64,000 nt of DNA from Pseudomonadota bacterium (lineage in GTDB: Bacteria > Pseudomonadota > Alphaproteobacteria > RF32 > CAG-239): contig CAKJXZ020000020.1 of NCBI GenBank assembly GCA_918234285.1, positions 14,777-78,776 on the forward strand, given 5' to 3'. The position numbers and the translations under genes were made by a program. Positions 49,659 to 59,334 of this stretch are shown piece by piece. The first letter of the stretch is position 1. Each line of letters opens with the position of its first letter. The notes beneath the pieces were generated by a model. That model was given only the letters and a program-made list of their open reading frames with translations, was not told the origin of the DNA and made no database searches.

Positions 49659-49864
49659 TTTATTTCCTTTGTTTGTTGTCTGCTTAATCTTAATCGGGTA
49701 ATTTGTGATATGCAACTTTATTTATGCGATTGTGCAAAAAAATCTAAAAAAGTACTTGAATTTAAAATAAAAATAAGTTATAAGCTGGTTGTTTGAGTTG
49801 TTCGGGCGAAAAGGCATTGCCTGACGGCTTGTGTGTAATTTCCAACAATTGAAAGGGAATCAAA

Positions 49865-50059
49865 ATGCCAAAATTAAAAACAAAAAAGGCCGTTGCCAAG
49901 CGCTTTGACGTGACCGGCTCCGGCAAATTAAAAAGAAGACATTCTTTCAAAAGACACCTTCTTTTCAACAAACCGACAAAACAAAAAAGACAGGCTCGCG
50001 GCTCTAAGATTATTGCTGCCGCTAATGCTTTTGTTAAAAAGTTTTTACCGTTTATTTAA
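49865..50059 (+). CDS. rpmI: 50S ribosomal protein L35
   Basis: [22 protein letters not shown]. Confidence 0.97.
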   Translation: MPKLKTKKAVAKRFDVTGSGKLKRRHSFKRHLLFNKPTKQKRQARGSKIIAAANAFVKKFLPFI

Positions 50060-50074
50060 GAGGGAGGATAAGAT

Positions 50075-50434
50075 ATGTCTCGTGTTAAAAGAGGTTTAAC
50101 GGCTCACGCTCGTCATAAAAAAATTTTGGATATGGCGAAAGGTTACAGAGGTCGTAATAAAAATGTATTCAGAGTAGCTGTTGAAAAAGTTGAAAAAGGT
50201 TTGCAATATGCTTACCGTGACCGCAAAGTTAAGAAAAGAACTTTCCGTTCTTTGTGGATTCAACGTATCAATGCTGCCACACGTATCCACGATTTAACTT
50301 ATTCTCGATTTATCAGCGGGCTCAACAAAGCGGGAGTTGAACTCGATCGTAAAGTTCTTGCTGATATCGCTTTGAAACAGCCCGAAGCATTTGCTAAGTT
50401 GGTTGAAACAGCCAAAGCGGCTCTTAACAAGTAA
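50075..50434 (+). CDS. rplT: 50S ribosomal protein L20
   Basis: [38 protein letters not shown]. Confidence 0.97.
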   Translation: MSRVKRGLTAHARHKKILDMAKGYRGRNKNVFRVAVEKVEKGLQYAYRDRKVKKRTFRSLWIQRINAATRIHDLTYSRFISGLNKAGVELDRKVLADIALKQPEAFAKLVETAKAALNK

Positions 50435-50519
50435 GTTACAGATACAATAAATCAATAAAAAGAGTTGGCTTGGTGTTTCCGGGTTAACTCTTTTTATTTT
50501 TAAACAAAGGTTGCTGATT

Positions 50520-51629
50520 ATGGAAAATTTAGAAGAATTGAAAGACGAAGTGTTGAATAAAATCAATAACTCCGCCGAATTAAAAGAATTGGATGATATC
50601 AGAGTTGCCGTATTAGGTAAAAAAGGCAAACTGACCGAAATGATGAAAAGTTTGGGAGCTTTGCCGCTCGAAGAAAAAATCGCCATGGGCAAAGGTTTGA
50701 ATATCGTAAAATCCGCAGTTGAAGAAGCTATCGAAACTCAAAAGAAAGTTTTGGAAGAAAAAGCGCTGAACGAAAAGTTGAAAAACGAAACGCTTGACGT
50801 TACGTTGCCGGTGCGGCCGGAAACTCAGGGACGCATTCACCCAATTTCCAAAATATGCGAAGAAGTGATTGCCATCTTCGGGCAGATGGGATTTGAACTG
50901 GCCGAAGGACCGGACATTGAAGACCAATTTCATAATTTTAATGCGCTGAATATGCCGCCTAATCACCCTGCCCGCCAAATGCAGGACACGTTTTATATCA
51001 ACAACGACCCGACCAAGCCGTTTGATATGGATACGGCATATGCGGTCAGAACGCAAACCTCGGGAGTGCAAATCCGTACTATGGAAAAACAGCAACCGCC
51101 TATTCGGATTATTGCCCCGGGAAGAACCTATCGTTCCGATTATGATGCCACCCATACACCGATGTTCCATCAGCTTGAAGGTTTGGTTATCGATAAAAAC
51201 ATTACGTTGGCGCATCTCAAGGGTTGTCTGTATGATTTTGTTAAGGCATTTTTTGAGTTAGATGATTTACCGGTGCGTTATCGTCCGTCGTATTTTCCGT
51301 TTACCGAGCCGTCGGCCGAAATGGATATCGGCTGTTTGAAAACCAAAACCGAACTTAAAATCGGCGCCGGTACCGATTGGATGGAAATTTTGGGCTGCGG
51401 TATGGTGCATCCGAATGTTTTGCGCGCCGGCGGTATTGACCCGGATGAATATCAAGGCTTTGCTTTCGGCATGGGGATCGATCGTATTGCCATGCTTAAA
51501 TACGGTATTCCGGACTTGCGTACTTTCTTTGAATCCGACGTACGCTGGATTAAGCATTACGGATTTACCCCGCTCGACTTTTCTTCAATGACGGACGGTT
51601 TAAGCAATAACGGAGGATTGGCACGATGA
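50520..51629 (+). CDS. pheS: Phenylalanine--tRNA ligase alpha subunit
   Basis: HPARQMQDTFY, HTPMFHQLEG, SYFPFTEPS, GFAFGMGIDR. Confidence 0.97.
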   Translation: MENLEELKDEVLNKINNSAELKELDDIRVAVLGKKGKLTEMMKSLGALPLEEKIAMGKGLNIVKSAVEEAIETQKKVLEEKALNEKLKNETLDVTLPVRPETQGRIHPISKICEEVIAIFGQMGFELAEGPDIEDQFHNFNALNMPPNHPARQMQDTFYINNDPTKPFDMDTAYAVRTQTSGVQIRTMEKQQPPIRIIAPGRTYRSDYDATHTPMFHQLEGLVIDKNITLAHLKGCLYDFVKAFFELDDLPVRYRPSYFPFTEPSAEMDIGCLKTKTELKIGAGTDWMEILGCGMVHPNVLRAGGIDPDEYQGFAFGMGIDRIAMLKYGIPDLRTFFESDVRWIKHYGFTPLDFSSMTDGLSNNGGLAR

Positions 51630-54013
51630 AATTCACATTATCTTGGCTCAAAGAGCATTTAGAAACAACCGCAAGCGTTTATGAAATCAGCGAAACACTG
51701 ACACGCATCGGTTTGGAAGTTGAAGAAGTTATCGACCCGCGCAACGGCCTGAGCGATTTTATTACCGCTCGTATCGACAGTGTGGAAAATCATCCGGATG
51801 CGGATAAGTTGCACGTGTTGTGTGTTAATGACGGTACCAATAAATATCAAGTGGTATGCGGCGCGCCGAATGTACGCGAAGGCCTTATCGGTATTTTTGC
51901 CCGCGAAGGCACGCTGATTCCGCTGTTTAACGAGCGTTTGAAACGCGCCACCATTCGCGGTGTAGAGAGTTGCGGTATGATGTGTGCAATTGATGAAATC
52001 GGCTTGGGTACAGCCCACGAAAAAATCATCGAATTGCCGGCAGATACTCCGATCGGGGTACCGGCCGCCGACGTTTTGGATATTGATCCGGTAATCGAGG
52101 TATCCATAACCCCTAACCGCGCCGAATGTCTGGGAGTACGCGGTATTGCCCGCGATTTGGCCGCGGCCGGTTTGGGAACCTTAAAACCGCTCAACATCGT
52201 CAAAACACCGGCCAAATTTGCCAACCCGATAAAAATTACGGTGGAATGTCCTGAAGAATGTCCGGTTTATACCGGTCGTTACATCAAAGGCGTTAATAAT
52301 CATGCCGAAACACCGAAGTGGATGAAAGACCGCTTGAATGCCGTCGGTATTCACTCGATTTCGCCGCTGGTGGATATTACCAATTATCTTAACTATGATT
52401 TGGCTCGTCCGCTCCATGTTTTTGATGCCGACAAGCTCAAGGGCGACCTGACTATCCGTATGGCCAAACAAGGTGAAAAATTCACGGCCTTAAACGAAAA
52501 AGAATATGAGCTGACCGACTTTTCTCTCGGTATTTGCGACGACGAAGGCGTACAGTGCCTCGGCGGCATTATGGGCGGCTTGGAAAAAGGCTGTTCCGCT
52601 GATACGACCAACGTTTTGTTGGAATGCGCTTTGTTTAAGCCGATATGTATTGCCAAGACCGGCCGCCATTTGCAGATTGATTCGGACTCGCGCTATCGTT
52701 ATGAGCGTTGGGTAGACCCGAAATCCAATATCAGCGGTTCGGATTATGCTACCGCCCTGATTTGCGAAATTTGCGGCGGTGAAGCGTCGGAACTGACGGT
52801 TGTCGGCTCCGAAGAGGCTTATGTTCCGCAAGTGGCATATCTGCGTCCGGAACGTTTAAAAACATTTGCCGGTATAGAAGTAAGTGCCGAAAAATCAATG
52901 GAAATTCTGCGCAATCTCGGCTTTGTCGTATCTTTGGAAAACGGCAAAATCAAGGCTGTATCCCCGAGTTGGCGCGGCGATATCGAATGCGAACAGGATT
53001 TAATTGAAGAAGTCGTGCGCATGATCGGCTTGGATGAAATACCTGCGGTATCTTTGCCGCATGACAAGCTGCCGAAACCGATTTTGACACCGATGCAACA
53101 TAATGCCATGATAAGCAAGCATGAACTGGCTTTGCGCGGTATGTACGAAACCGTTACCTGGAGCTTTGCCGACAGCGATATTGCCAAATATTTCCGCGAA
53201 GGCAGAGAGACCGTACTGTTGCAAAATCCGATTGTTAAAGAACTTGACGAGATGCGACCGTCGATTTTACCGAATCTTTTGATTGCCGTCAAAAACAATA
53301 TTGCCCGCGGCTATCCGAATGTGGCCTTGTTTGAGGTGGGTCCGGTATTCACCGGACGCCATCCGCTGGAGCAGTTTATTTCGGCTACCGGTGTACGTGC
53401 CGGACAGACTTCGGCCAAAGATTGGGCGCACAGTGCTCGCGATTATGATATATACGACGCCAAGGCTGATGCATTGGCAGTAATTGCCGCGGCTAAAGGT
53501 CCGTATGAAAATCCGCAGATTACAACCGACGCGCCGAGTTATTATCATCCGGGGCGCTCCGGTGCAATCCGTCTCGGCAAAAACGTGTTAGCATATTTCG
53601 GCGAAATTCATCCGGCAATTTTGAAAAAGCTGGATATTAAATCGCGCGTGGTGGCATTTGAAGTTAACTTAAACAATATCCCTCTGCCGCGGCAAACCGT
53701 GGGCAAAGCGCGCAAGAGATTGGAGCTTTCGCCGTTCCAACCGGTTGACAAGGATTTGGCCTTTGTGGTAGATAAAAGTGTCAGCGCCGCCGCAATTACG
53801 GCCGCGGCCAAAAATGCCGACCGCGAACATATAACCGAGGTGCGCATTTTTGATATTTATGAAGGTGACAATCTGCCGAGCGGCAAAAAATCGGTGGCCA
53901 TCAGTCTGACTTTGCAACCGATTGAGCAGACGTTTACCGATAAAGATATCGAAAACCTGATGAACAAAGTAATTGTCGAGGTCGGCAAAAAGACCGGCGG
54001 CGAACTGAGATAG
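51626..54013 (+). CDS. pheT: Phenylalanine--tRNA ligase beta subunit
   Basis: MKFTLSWLKEH, HPDADKL, VVCGAPN, ITPNR, C-terminal FDX-ACB domain. Confidence 0.97.
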   Translation: MKFTLSWLKEHLETTASVYEISETLTRIGLEVEEVIDPRNGLSDFITARIDSVENHPDADKLHVLCVNDGTNKYQVVCGAPNVREGLIGIFAREGTLIPLFNERLKRATIRGVESCGMMCAIDEIGLGTAHEKIIELPADTPIGVPAADVLDIDPVIEVSITPNRAECLGVRGIARDLAAAGLGTLKPLNIVKTPAKFANPIKITVECPEECPVYTGRYIKGVNNHAETPKWMKDRLNAVGIHSISPLVDITNYLNYDLARPLHVFDADKLKGDLTIRMAKQGEKFTALNEKEYELTDFSLGICDDEGVQCLGGIMGGLEKGCSADTTNVLLECALFKPICIAKTGRHLQIDSDSRYRYERWVDPKSNISGSDYATALICEICGGEASELTVVGSEEAYVPQVAYLRPERLKTFAGIEVSAEKSMEILRNLGFVVSLENGKIKAVSPSWRGDIECEQDLIEEVVRMIGLDEIPAVSLPHDKLPKPILTPMQHNAMISKHELALRGMYETVTWSFADSDIAKYFREGRETVLLQNPIVKELDEMRPSILPNLLIAVKNNIARGYPNVALFEVGPVFTGRHPLEQFISATGVRAGQTSAKDWAHSARDYDIYDAKADALAVIAAAKGPYENPQITTDAPSYYHPGRSGAIRLGKNVLAYFGEIHPAILKKLDIKSRVVAFEVNLNNIPLPRQTVGKARKRLELSPFQPVDKDLAFVVDKSVSAAAITAAAKNADREHITEVRIFDIYEGDNLPSGKKSVAISLTLQPIEQTFTDKDIENLMNKVIVEVGKKTGGELR

Positions 54014-54023
54014 GAGAATAACA

Positions 54024-55541
54024 ATGGCGATGAAAACAACACGCAAACAGAATTATCCGGAGTGGTATCAAAATGTGGTATCCGAAGCCGATATGGCAGA
54101 AAATTCAGTATCTCCGGGCTGTATGGTAATGAAAGCGTGGGGCTATGGTTTATGGGAACGCATTCAACGTGTTTTGGATGAAAAAATCAAGGAAACCGGC
54201 CACGAGAACTATTATTTTCCGATGTTTATTCCCCTTTCCTTTTTCCAGAAAGAGGCGGACCACGTTGAAGGTTTTGCCAAAGAGATGGCAGTCGTAACTC
54301 ACTCGCGCCTTATCAGCGAAGACGGCAAATTAAAGCCGGCCTCACCGCTGGAAGAACCGTTGATTGTGCGTCCGACCTCGGAAACCATTATTGCCGACTC
54401 ATTTGCCAAATGGGTAAAATCCTATCGTGATTTGCCGATTTTGCTAAATCAATGGGCCAATGTGGTACGTTGGGAAATGCGGCCGCGTTTGTTTTTGCGT
54501 ACGCGCGAATTTTTGTGGCAGGAAGGTCATACCGTACACGCCAGCATGAAAGAAGCGGAAGCGGAAACCCTGAAAATGTTGGAAGTTTATCGTGATTTTT
54601 CTGAAAATGCGCTGGCGATGCCGGTTTTGGTCGGCCGCAAGCCGGAACACGAAAAATTCCCGGGTGCCATCGATACTTATTGCATTGAGGCCATGATGCA
54701 GGACGGCAAAGCTTTGCAAGCCGGTACTTCGCACTTTTTGGGGCAGAACTTTGCCAAGTCGGCGGATATTAAATTTACCAATCAAAACAATGAGTTGGAA
54801 TATGCCTATACCACTTCGTGGGGGGTTTCCACCCGCTTAATCGGCGGTACGATTATGTGCCATGCCGATGATGACGGTATGGTTGTTCCGCCGCATGTTG
54901 CGCCGTATCAGGTTGTGATTGTTCCGTTAATTAAAAAACCGGAAGATGCTGAAAAAGTAATGAATTACATCGATAAAATTCAAGCACAACTTAAACTTAA
55001 ATCCGCATTTGGTGAAAAACTGCGAGTCAAAGTTGATACTCGTGATAAAAACAGCGTCGATAAGGTATGGGAATGGATTAGAAAAGGTGCGCCGATGGTT
55101 TGCGAAATCGGTCCGCGCGATGTTGAAAATAACGGCTTGATGGTTAAAGAACGGATTTTCATCGGTCAGCCGGAAGGCAAAAAAATTATGCAAGCCGTTG
55201 ACTTTGTGGAAAACGTCGGTATGCGCTTAGAAGAATTGCAGCAATTGATGTTTGATAAAGCGCAAAAGCGTTTGCAAGACAACATTCGCACCGATATTAC
55301 CACACCGGAAGAATTTGCCGCCTATTATGCCAATTCCAATGAATGGATTGAGGACGACAAGCCGGGCAAAGTAGCGTTTGTACGCGGCAAATGGTGCGCT
55401 GATCCGGCCACCGAGGAAATCTTGAAATCGATGAAGATTACCATCCGTTGCATTCCGTTTGACCAAAGCGGCACCACCGGAAAATGTTTATTGACCGGCA
55501 AAGACGCAACGTTAGACGTGATTTACGCTCGCTCCTATTAG
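54024..55541 (+). CDS. proS: Proline--tRNA ligase (archaeal/eukaryote-type, no insertion editing domain)
   Basis: EADHVEGFAKE, VRPTSET, NQWANVVRWE, REFLWQEGH, QAGTSHFLGQNF, C-terminal ARSY. Confidence 0.95.
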   Translation: MAMKTTRKQNYPEWYQNVVSEADMAENSVSPGCMVMKAWGYGLWERIQRVLDEKIKETGHENYYFPMFIPLSFFQKEADHVEGFAKEMAVVTHSRLISEDGKLKPASPLEEPLIVRPTSETIIADSFAKWVKSYRDLPILLNQWANVVRWEMRPRLFLRTREFLWQEGHTVHASMKEAEAETLKMLEVYRDFSENALAMPVLVGRKPEHEKFPGAIDTYCIEAMMQDGKALQAGTSHFLGQNFAKSADIKFTNQNNELEYAYTTSWGVSTRLIGGTIMCHADDDGMVVPPHVAPYQVVIVPLIKKPEDAEKVMNYIDKIQAQLKLKSAFGEKLRVKVDTRDKNSVDKVWEWIRKGAPMVCEIGPRDVENNGLMVKERIFIGQPEGKKIMQAVDFVENVGMRLEELQQLMFDKAQKRLQDNIRTDITTPEEFAAYYANSNEWIEDDKPGKVAFVRGKWCADPATEEILKSMKITIRCIPFDQSGTTGKCLLTGKDATLDVIYARSY

Positions 55542-55550
55542 GAAATCGCC

Positions 55551-55889
55551 GTGAAAATCGCCGAAATAGCAGATATCGAGGCACTTAAGGCAAATCATCC
55601 GCATTTGGAAACAGTGCAAAAAGCGTATGTGGTGGATGACACTTATAAGGTTTATATTGCCCAAACCGGCAAATATACTCATATCAGAATCCGCCGCCTT
55701 GACGACAAACCGGTGCATTGTTTCGGCGACTTTCAGGCGATAAAAAATGCTTTTCTGGGCGAAGAAACCGCTGCAATAGAGGTGTACCCTAAAGTGTCGG
55801 ATTATGTGGATAACAGCAACACCTATCATCTGTTTTCGTGGCAGGGTATGGAAGCGCCAAACTTAAAAGAGCTGTATAAATACATTTAA
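55551..55889 (+). CDS. Small conserved hypothetical protein (resembles phage-associated DUF7694-type proteins)
   Basis: HIRIRR.D......FQAIKN..LGEE..AIEVYP..S.YVD..N.YHLF pattern. Confidence 0.6.
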   Translation: MKIAEIADIEALKANHPHLETVQKAYVVDDTYKVYIAQTGKYTHIRIRRLDDKPVHCFGDFQAIKNAFLGEETAAIEVYPKVSDYVDNSNTYHLFSWQGMEAPNLKELYKYI

Positions 55890-55895
55890 AAAAGG

Positions 55896-55928
55896 AAAAG
55901 CCTCTGACAACTCGTGTCGGAGGCTTTA
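55896..55928. terminator. Bidirectional intrinsic terminator
   Basis: AAAGCCTCTGACA...TGTCGGAGGCTTT flanked by A/T runs. Confidence 0.75.
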
Positions 55929-56347
55929 AGCTAAAAAACTCAAGCAGACTGCTTTTACGCGCAGATTACGAGAACGGTTGCTTCCGAGCCGACTCTCTGC
56001 TTTTCATCGTCTTTCGCTTCCGGGGAGGTCATTTGCGAACCTGCCCGACGGTCTAAGACAAACATTTGACATGCTGGGGCCGCTTGTCACCCGTTAGCAT
56101 TGACGGACGCCCGAAGGACGGTTGCTTTCGCTCGCCACTACTTACAACAATCACCTCAAACCGGGATGCCGGCGACAGCTTCTCATCCTCGCGGAATCAA
56201 AGGGTCAACCGATTGCGGTGTTGAGCAGATTTCCTGCTTGCATTCAAACGGCGTTTTCACCCGTTGCTATTCACGCTTGCGTCGGTACAAATTGCCTTAA
56301 ACCCAATGTATATAGTCAGCCTAGTAATATCATAAAAATTATAAATC
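55896..56347 (-). ncRNA. Candidate large structured non-coding RNA (family not recognised)
   Basis: GC-rich ORF-less interval with a TTGACA promoter at 56354-56382. More than 10 hairpins with GAAA/GCGA/UUCG loops, the motif AGUAGUGGCGAGCGAA and a possible pseudoknot. Confidence 0.65.
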
Positions 56348-56449
56348 CGGTATTTTGTAATAAGTTTTTCTACAGATGTCAAGAAAAAACTTGCCAGCCG
56401 GTCGAGCGGAGATTAAAATATTGCCGACAGCAAGATAAAGGAACAAAGT

Positions 56450-57574
56450 ATGAGTATGTGGATTATCATTATGTGGACAACGCTGATTATTACCGGTGTG
56501 GCACTGGTATATGTCAGTAACCGCGTATGCAAATTCGGTTTTATCCGCCGTCTGACCCAAGAAAGTGAGAAACGCAAGGCCGTTATCGGCGGCACGATAG
56601 TATTCGGTTCGTTCGGCTTAATCTGCTGGTTGCTCAATTTTATGAACGCGATTGTCTGTGTTATTTATTTTGCGTTGGCATGGCTGCTTTGTGATTTTAT
56701 TTTCTATTTAGCGGAGAGATGGCGCAAACTTCCTTTCAAGCGTTATTATTCCGGTTTTTGCGCCGTTATAATCGCCATCGCCGCCCTTATCTGCGGCTGG
56801 TATCAGGCGCACAATGTTTGGCGCACCGAATATAATTTGACAACCGCCAAAAATATCGGCAATTTCAAAATCGTGATGTTTGCCGACTCTCACATCGGCA
56901 CCACCTTTGATGCCGCCGGATTTGCGCAACATCTGACGGAGATGCAGAGAGAAAATCCGGATGCGATAGTGGTGGTCGGCGATTATGTGGACGATGATAC
57001 TTCCAAAGAAAATATGCTGGCCGCCACCCGAAAACTTGGCGAATTACCAACAAAATACGGTATTTTCTTTGTCTTGGGTAATCATGACAAGGGTTATTAC
57101 GGAGCGGCCCGCCGCGGTTTCAGCGAAGCGGAGCTGATTACGGAGTTGCAAAAAAACGGCATTACGGTTTTGCGCGACCAAGCAGCTTTAATCGGCGATA
57201 TGATATATATCATCGGACGCCGCGATTTTTCTGAAGTACGGGAACGGCGCCAAAATCGCAAATCCATGCAAGAATTGATCGCCGGTTTGGATACGGATAA
57301 ATATACGGTGGTTTTGGACCATCAGCCGACCGATTTTGCCGCTCAGGCCAAATCCGGTGTTGATATGGTGCTTTCCGGACATACTCACGGCGGGCAGCTG
57401 TGGCCGTTCAACCAAGTCGGCAAATGGATTGGTGCCAACGATATGATATACGGACACGAAAAACATAACAATACCGATTTCATCGTGACTTCCGGCATTT
57501 CAGACTGGGCAATCAAATTCAAAACCGGCACCAAATCGGAATATGTGGTGATAAATATTCAACAAAAGGACTAA
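56450..57574 (+). CDS. Membrane-anchored metallophosphoesterase (YkuE-like)
   Basis: Three TM helices, then ADSHIG, VGDYVD, LGNHD, LDHQP, SGHTHGGQ. Confidence 0.9.
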   Translation: MSMWIIIMWTTLIITGVALVYVSNRVCKFGFIRRLTQESEKRKAVIGGTIVFGSFGLICWLLNFMNAIVCVIYFALAWLLCDFIFYLAERWRKLPFKRYYSGFCAVIIAIAALICGWYQAHNVWRTEYNLTTAKNIGNFKIVMFADSHIGTTFDAAGFAQHLTEMQRENPDAIVVVGDYVDDDTSKENMLAATRKLGELPTKYGIFFVLGNHDKGYYGAARRGFSEAELITELQKNGITVLRDQAALIGDMIYIIGRRDFSEVRERRQNRKSMQELIAGLDTDKYTVVLDHQPTDFAAQAKSGVDMVLSGHTHGGQLWPFNQVGKWIGANDMIYGHEKHNNTDFIVTSGISDWAIKFKTGTKSEYVVINIQQKD

Positions 57575-57577
57575 AAA

Positions 57578-57874
57578 ATGGAAAAAGAACAGGAACATAA
57601 AATTTATACCGACGCTATTGAGTTTTTCGGGGTTACCTCGCAAAAAATAATGGTTATAGAAGAAATGTCGGAGCTGACTAAGGAATTGTGCAAAGAGCTG
57701 CGCGGTCGCGGCGATGTTGACCATATTGCCGAAGAATTGGCCGATGTGGAGGTTACTTTGGCGCAAATTAAAATGATTTATAATATTCATCAGGAAGTGG
57801 AAAACCAGAAAGACTTTAAGCTTAAGCGTTTTGCCAAGAATATGGCTGAACTGAAAAAAGCCAAATCTCAATAA
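57578..57874 (+). CDS. MazG-like nucleotide pyrophosphohydrolase
   Basis: IEEMSELTKE...IAEELADV (ExxE/ExxD motif). Confidence 0.78.
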   Translation: MEKEQEHKIYTDAIEFFGVTSQKIMVIEEMSELTKELCKELRGRGDVDHIAEELADVEVTLAQIKMIYNIHQEVENQKDFKLKRFAKNMAELKKAKSQ

Positions 57875-59199
57875 CCGTAGCGGCCGCGCATTTTTTTGAT
57901 AAAGAATATGCTGATGCAAAGTGCCATAATCTCGGCAACGGTTATGGCCAGCCAAATACCGTTTACGCCCAAGATGAGCGGCAAAAACAAGACGCAAAGA
58001 CACTCAAATATCATAGTGCGGGAAAAGGAAATAACCGCCGAAATCAGCCCGTTGTTGAGCGCCGTAAAAAAGCCGGAAGCATAGATATTGAAGCCGGAAA
58101 GCAAAAACGACACGGCATAAATGCGGAAGGCAAATACGGTCATCCGCAGCAAATCATAATCATCGTCGTCAATAAAGATTTCGGCAATCAGCGGCGCACT
58201 TACTTCGGCAATAAAAGTCAGCAGCAGCGCGGCAATAAAAATCAGCCGAAAACTTTTGCGCAAAAGATTTTTAAGCTCGTCTTTGTTGCCGGCGCCGTAA
58301 TGAAAACCCACCAGCGGATTGCAACCGACCGTATATCCGATAAACGCGGCCAAAAAGATAAAATTGACATACGAAATAATGCCGTAAGTAATCACCCCGT
58401 CTTCGCTGAAAAAACGCAACATTTGGTAGTTATATAATATCCCGACCAGTGAGATGGAAATATTGGTCAAAAACTCGCTGGCACCGTTGGTACATGTTTT
58501 AATCAGCGCTTGCATATACAATCTGGTGCGTCCCAAATGCAACAGACTCTTGTTGGGCAAGGCAAAATACAGCAGCGGAACAACCGCACCGATAATTTGG
58601 CTGGCGGCGGTAGCATAAGCGGCTCCGGCAAGCCCCTGCTTCCACACCACAATGAACAATATATCAAGAATAAAATTCAACACACCGGCGGAAACAGTTA
58701 CCAATAAGCCTAATTTCGGGCGTTCTGCCGTTACGGTAAAGGACTGAAATATAACCTGCAACATCAAAGCCGGCACGGCCGGAAACAAAATCCGCGCATA
58801 CAACATACTATCGGAAAGCAACTTTCCTTCAACCCCAAAGGCAACCAGTATCGGTTTAAGCAAAGACAGTCCCGCTACGGCAAAAACGGCTCCGGCCATC
58901 AGGGTTATGTAAATCAGCATGGAAAATATGCGATTTGCTTTGTAATTATGACTTTCTCCGAGGGTTTTGGCTACCAGTGCACTGCCGCCGCTGCCGAGCA
59001 TAAACCCGAAGGCACTGACTATCATAATAAAGGGCCAAACGATATTGACCGCGGCAAACGGGGTTGCACCGGCATAATTAGCCACAAACAAGCCGTCAAT
59101 CACGCTGTATATTGAGGTAAATATTACCATAATGACCGACGGTAACGTAAAACGCAACAACTTGCCGTATGTGAAATGGTCCGATAATTGAATTGCCAT
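57868..59199 (-). CDS. MATE family efflux transporter
   Basis: 12 TM; IQLSDHFTYGKLLRF, IYSVIDGLFV, LNFILD, GLAGAAYAT, GIWLA. Confidence 0.93.
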   Translation of the reverse strand: MAIQLSDHFTYGKLLRFTLPSVIMVIFTSIYSVIDGLFVANYAGATPFAAVNIVWPFIMIVSAFGFMLGSGGSALVAKTLGESHNYKANRIFSMLIYITLMAGAVFAVAGLSLLKPILVAFGVEGKLLSDSMLYARILFPAVPALMLQVIFQSFTVTAERPKLGLLVTVSAGVLNFILDILFIVVWKQGLAGAAYATAASQIIGAVVPLLYFALPNKSLLHLGRTRLYMQALIKTCTNGASEFLTNISISLVGILYNYQMLRFFSEDGVITYGIISYVNFIFLAAFIGYTVGCNPLVGFHYGAGNKDELKNLLRKSFRLIFIAALLLTFIAEVSAPLIAEIFIDDDDYDLLRMTVFAFRIYAVSFLLSGFNIYASGFFTALNNGLISAVISFSRTMIFECLCVLFLPLILGVNGIWLAITVAEIMALCISIFFIKKMRGRYGY

Positions 59200-59334
59200 G
59201 GTTATTCCTCAAACATTGCCTTTATTAATAAACTTTTCGCGGTTGAATGTCAAGCCGGCAAATTTCTATGAGGTTATACTTGCAAAATAAATTAAATGCC
59301 TTACAATGGCAAAAAAAAACGAAAGGACTGTGTT

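Noticed and set aside
56121-56148. 23S rRNA gene fragment
   Set aside because: Only the ~16-nt AGTAGTGGCGAGCGAA motif matches. The flanks do not follow the rRNA sequence, so it is treated as a motif within another RNA.
55930-56340. RNase P RNA, tmRNA, SRP or group II intron
   Set aside because: No GAGGAAAGTCC/ACAGAA..CGGCTTA, no tRNA-like CCA end or tag peptide, no SRP GCAGGAAG-type loop in a single long hairpin, and no GTGCG start or domain V recognisable by eye.
56100-56520. ORF-track ORFs 56100-56300 and 56122-56520 (+)
   Set aside because: No SD, unnatural composition, and they overlap the structured RNA and the next gene.
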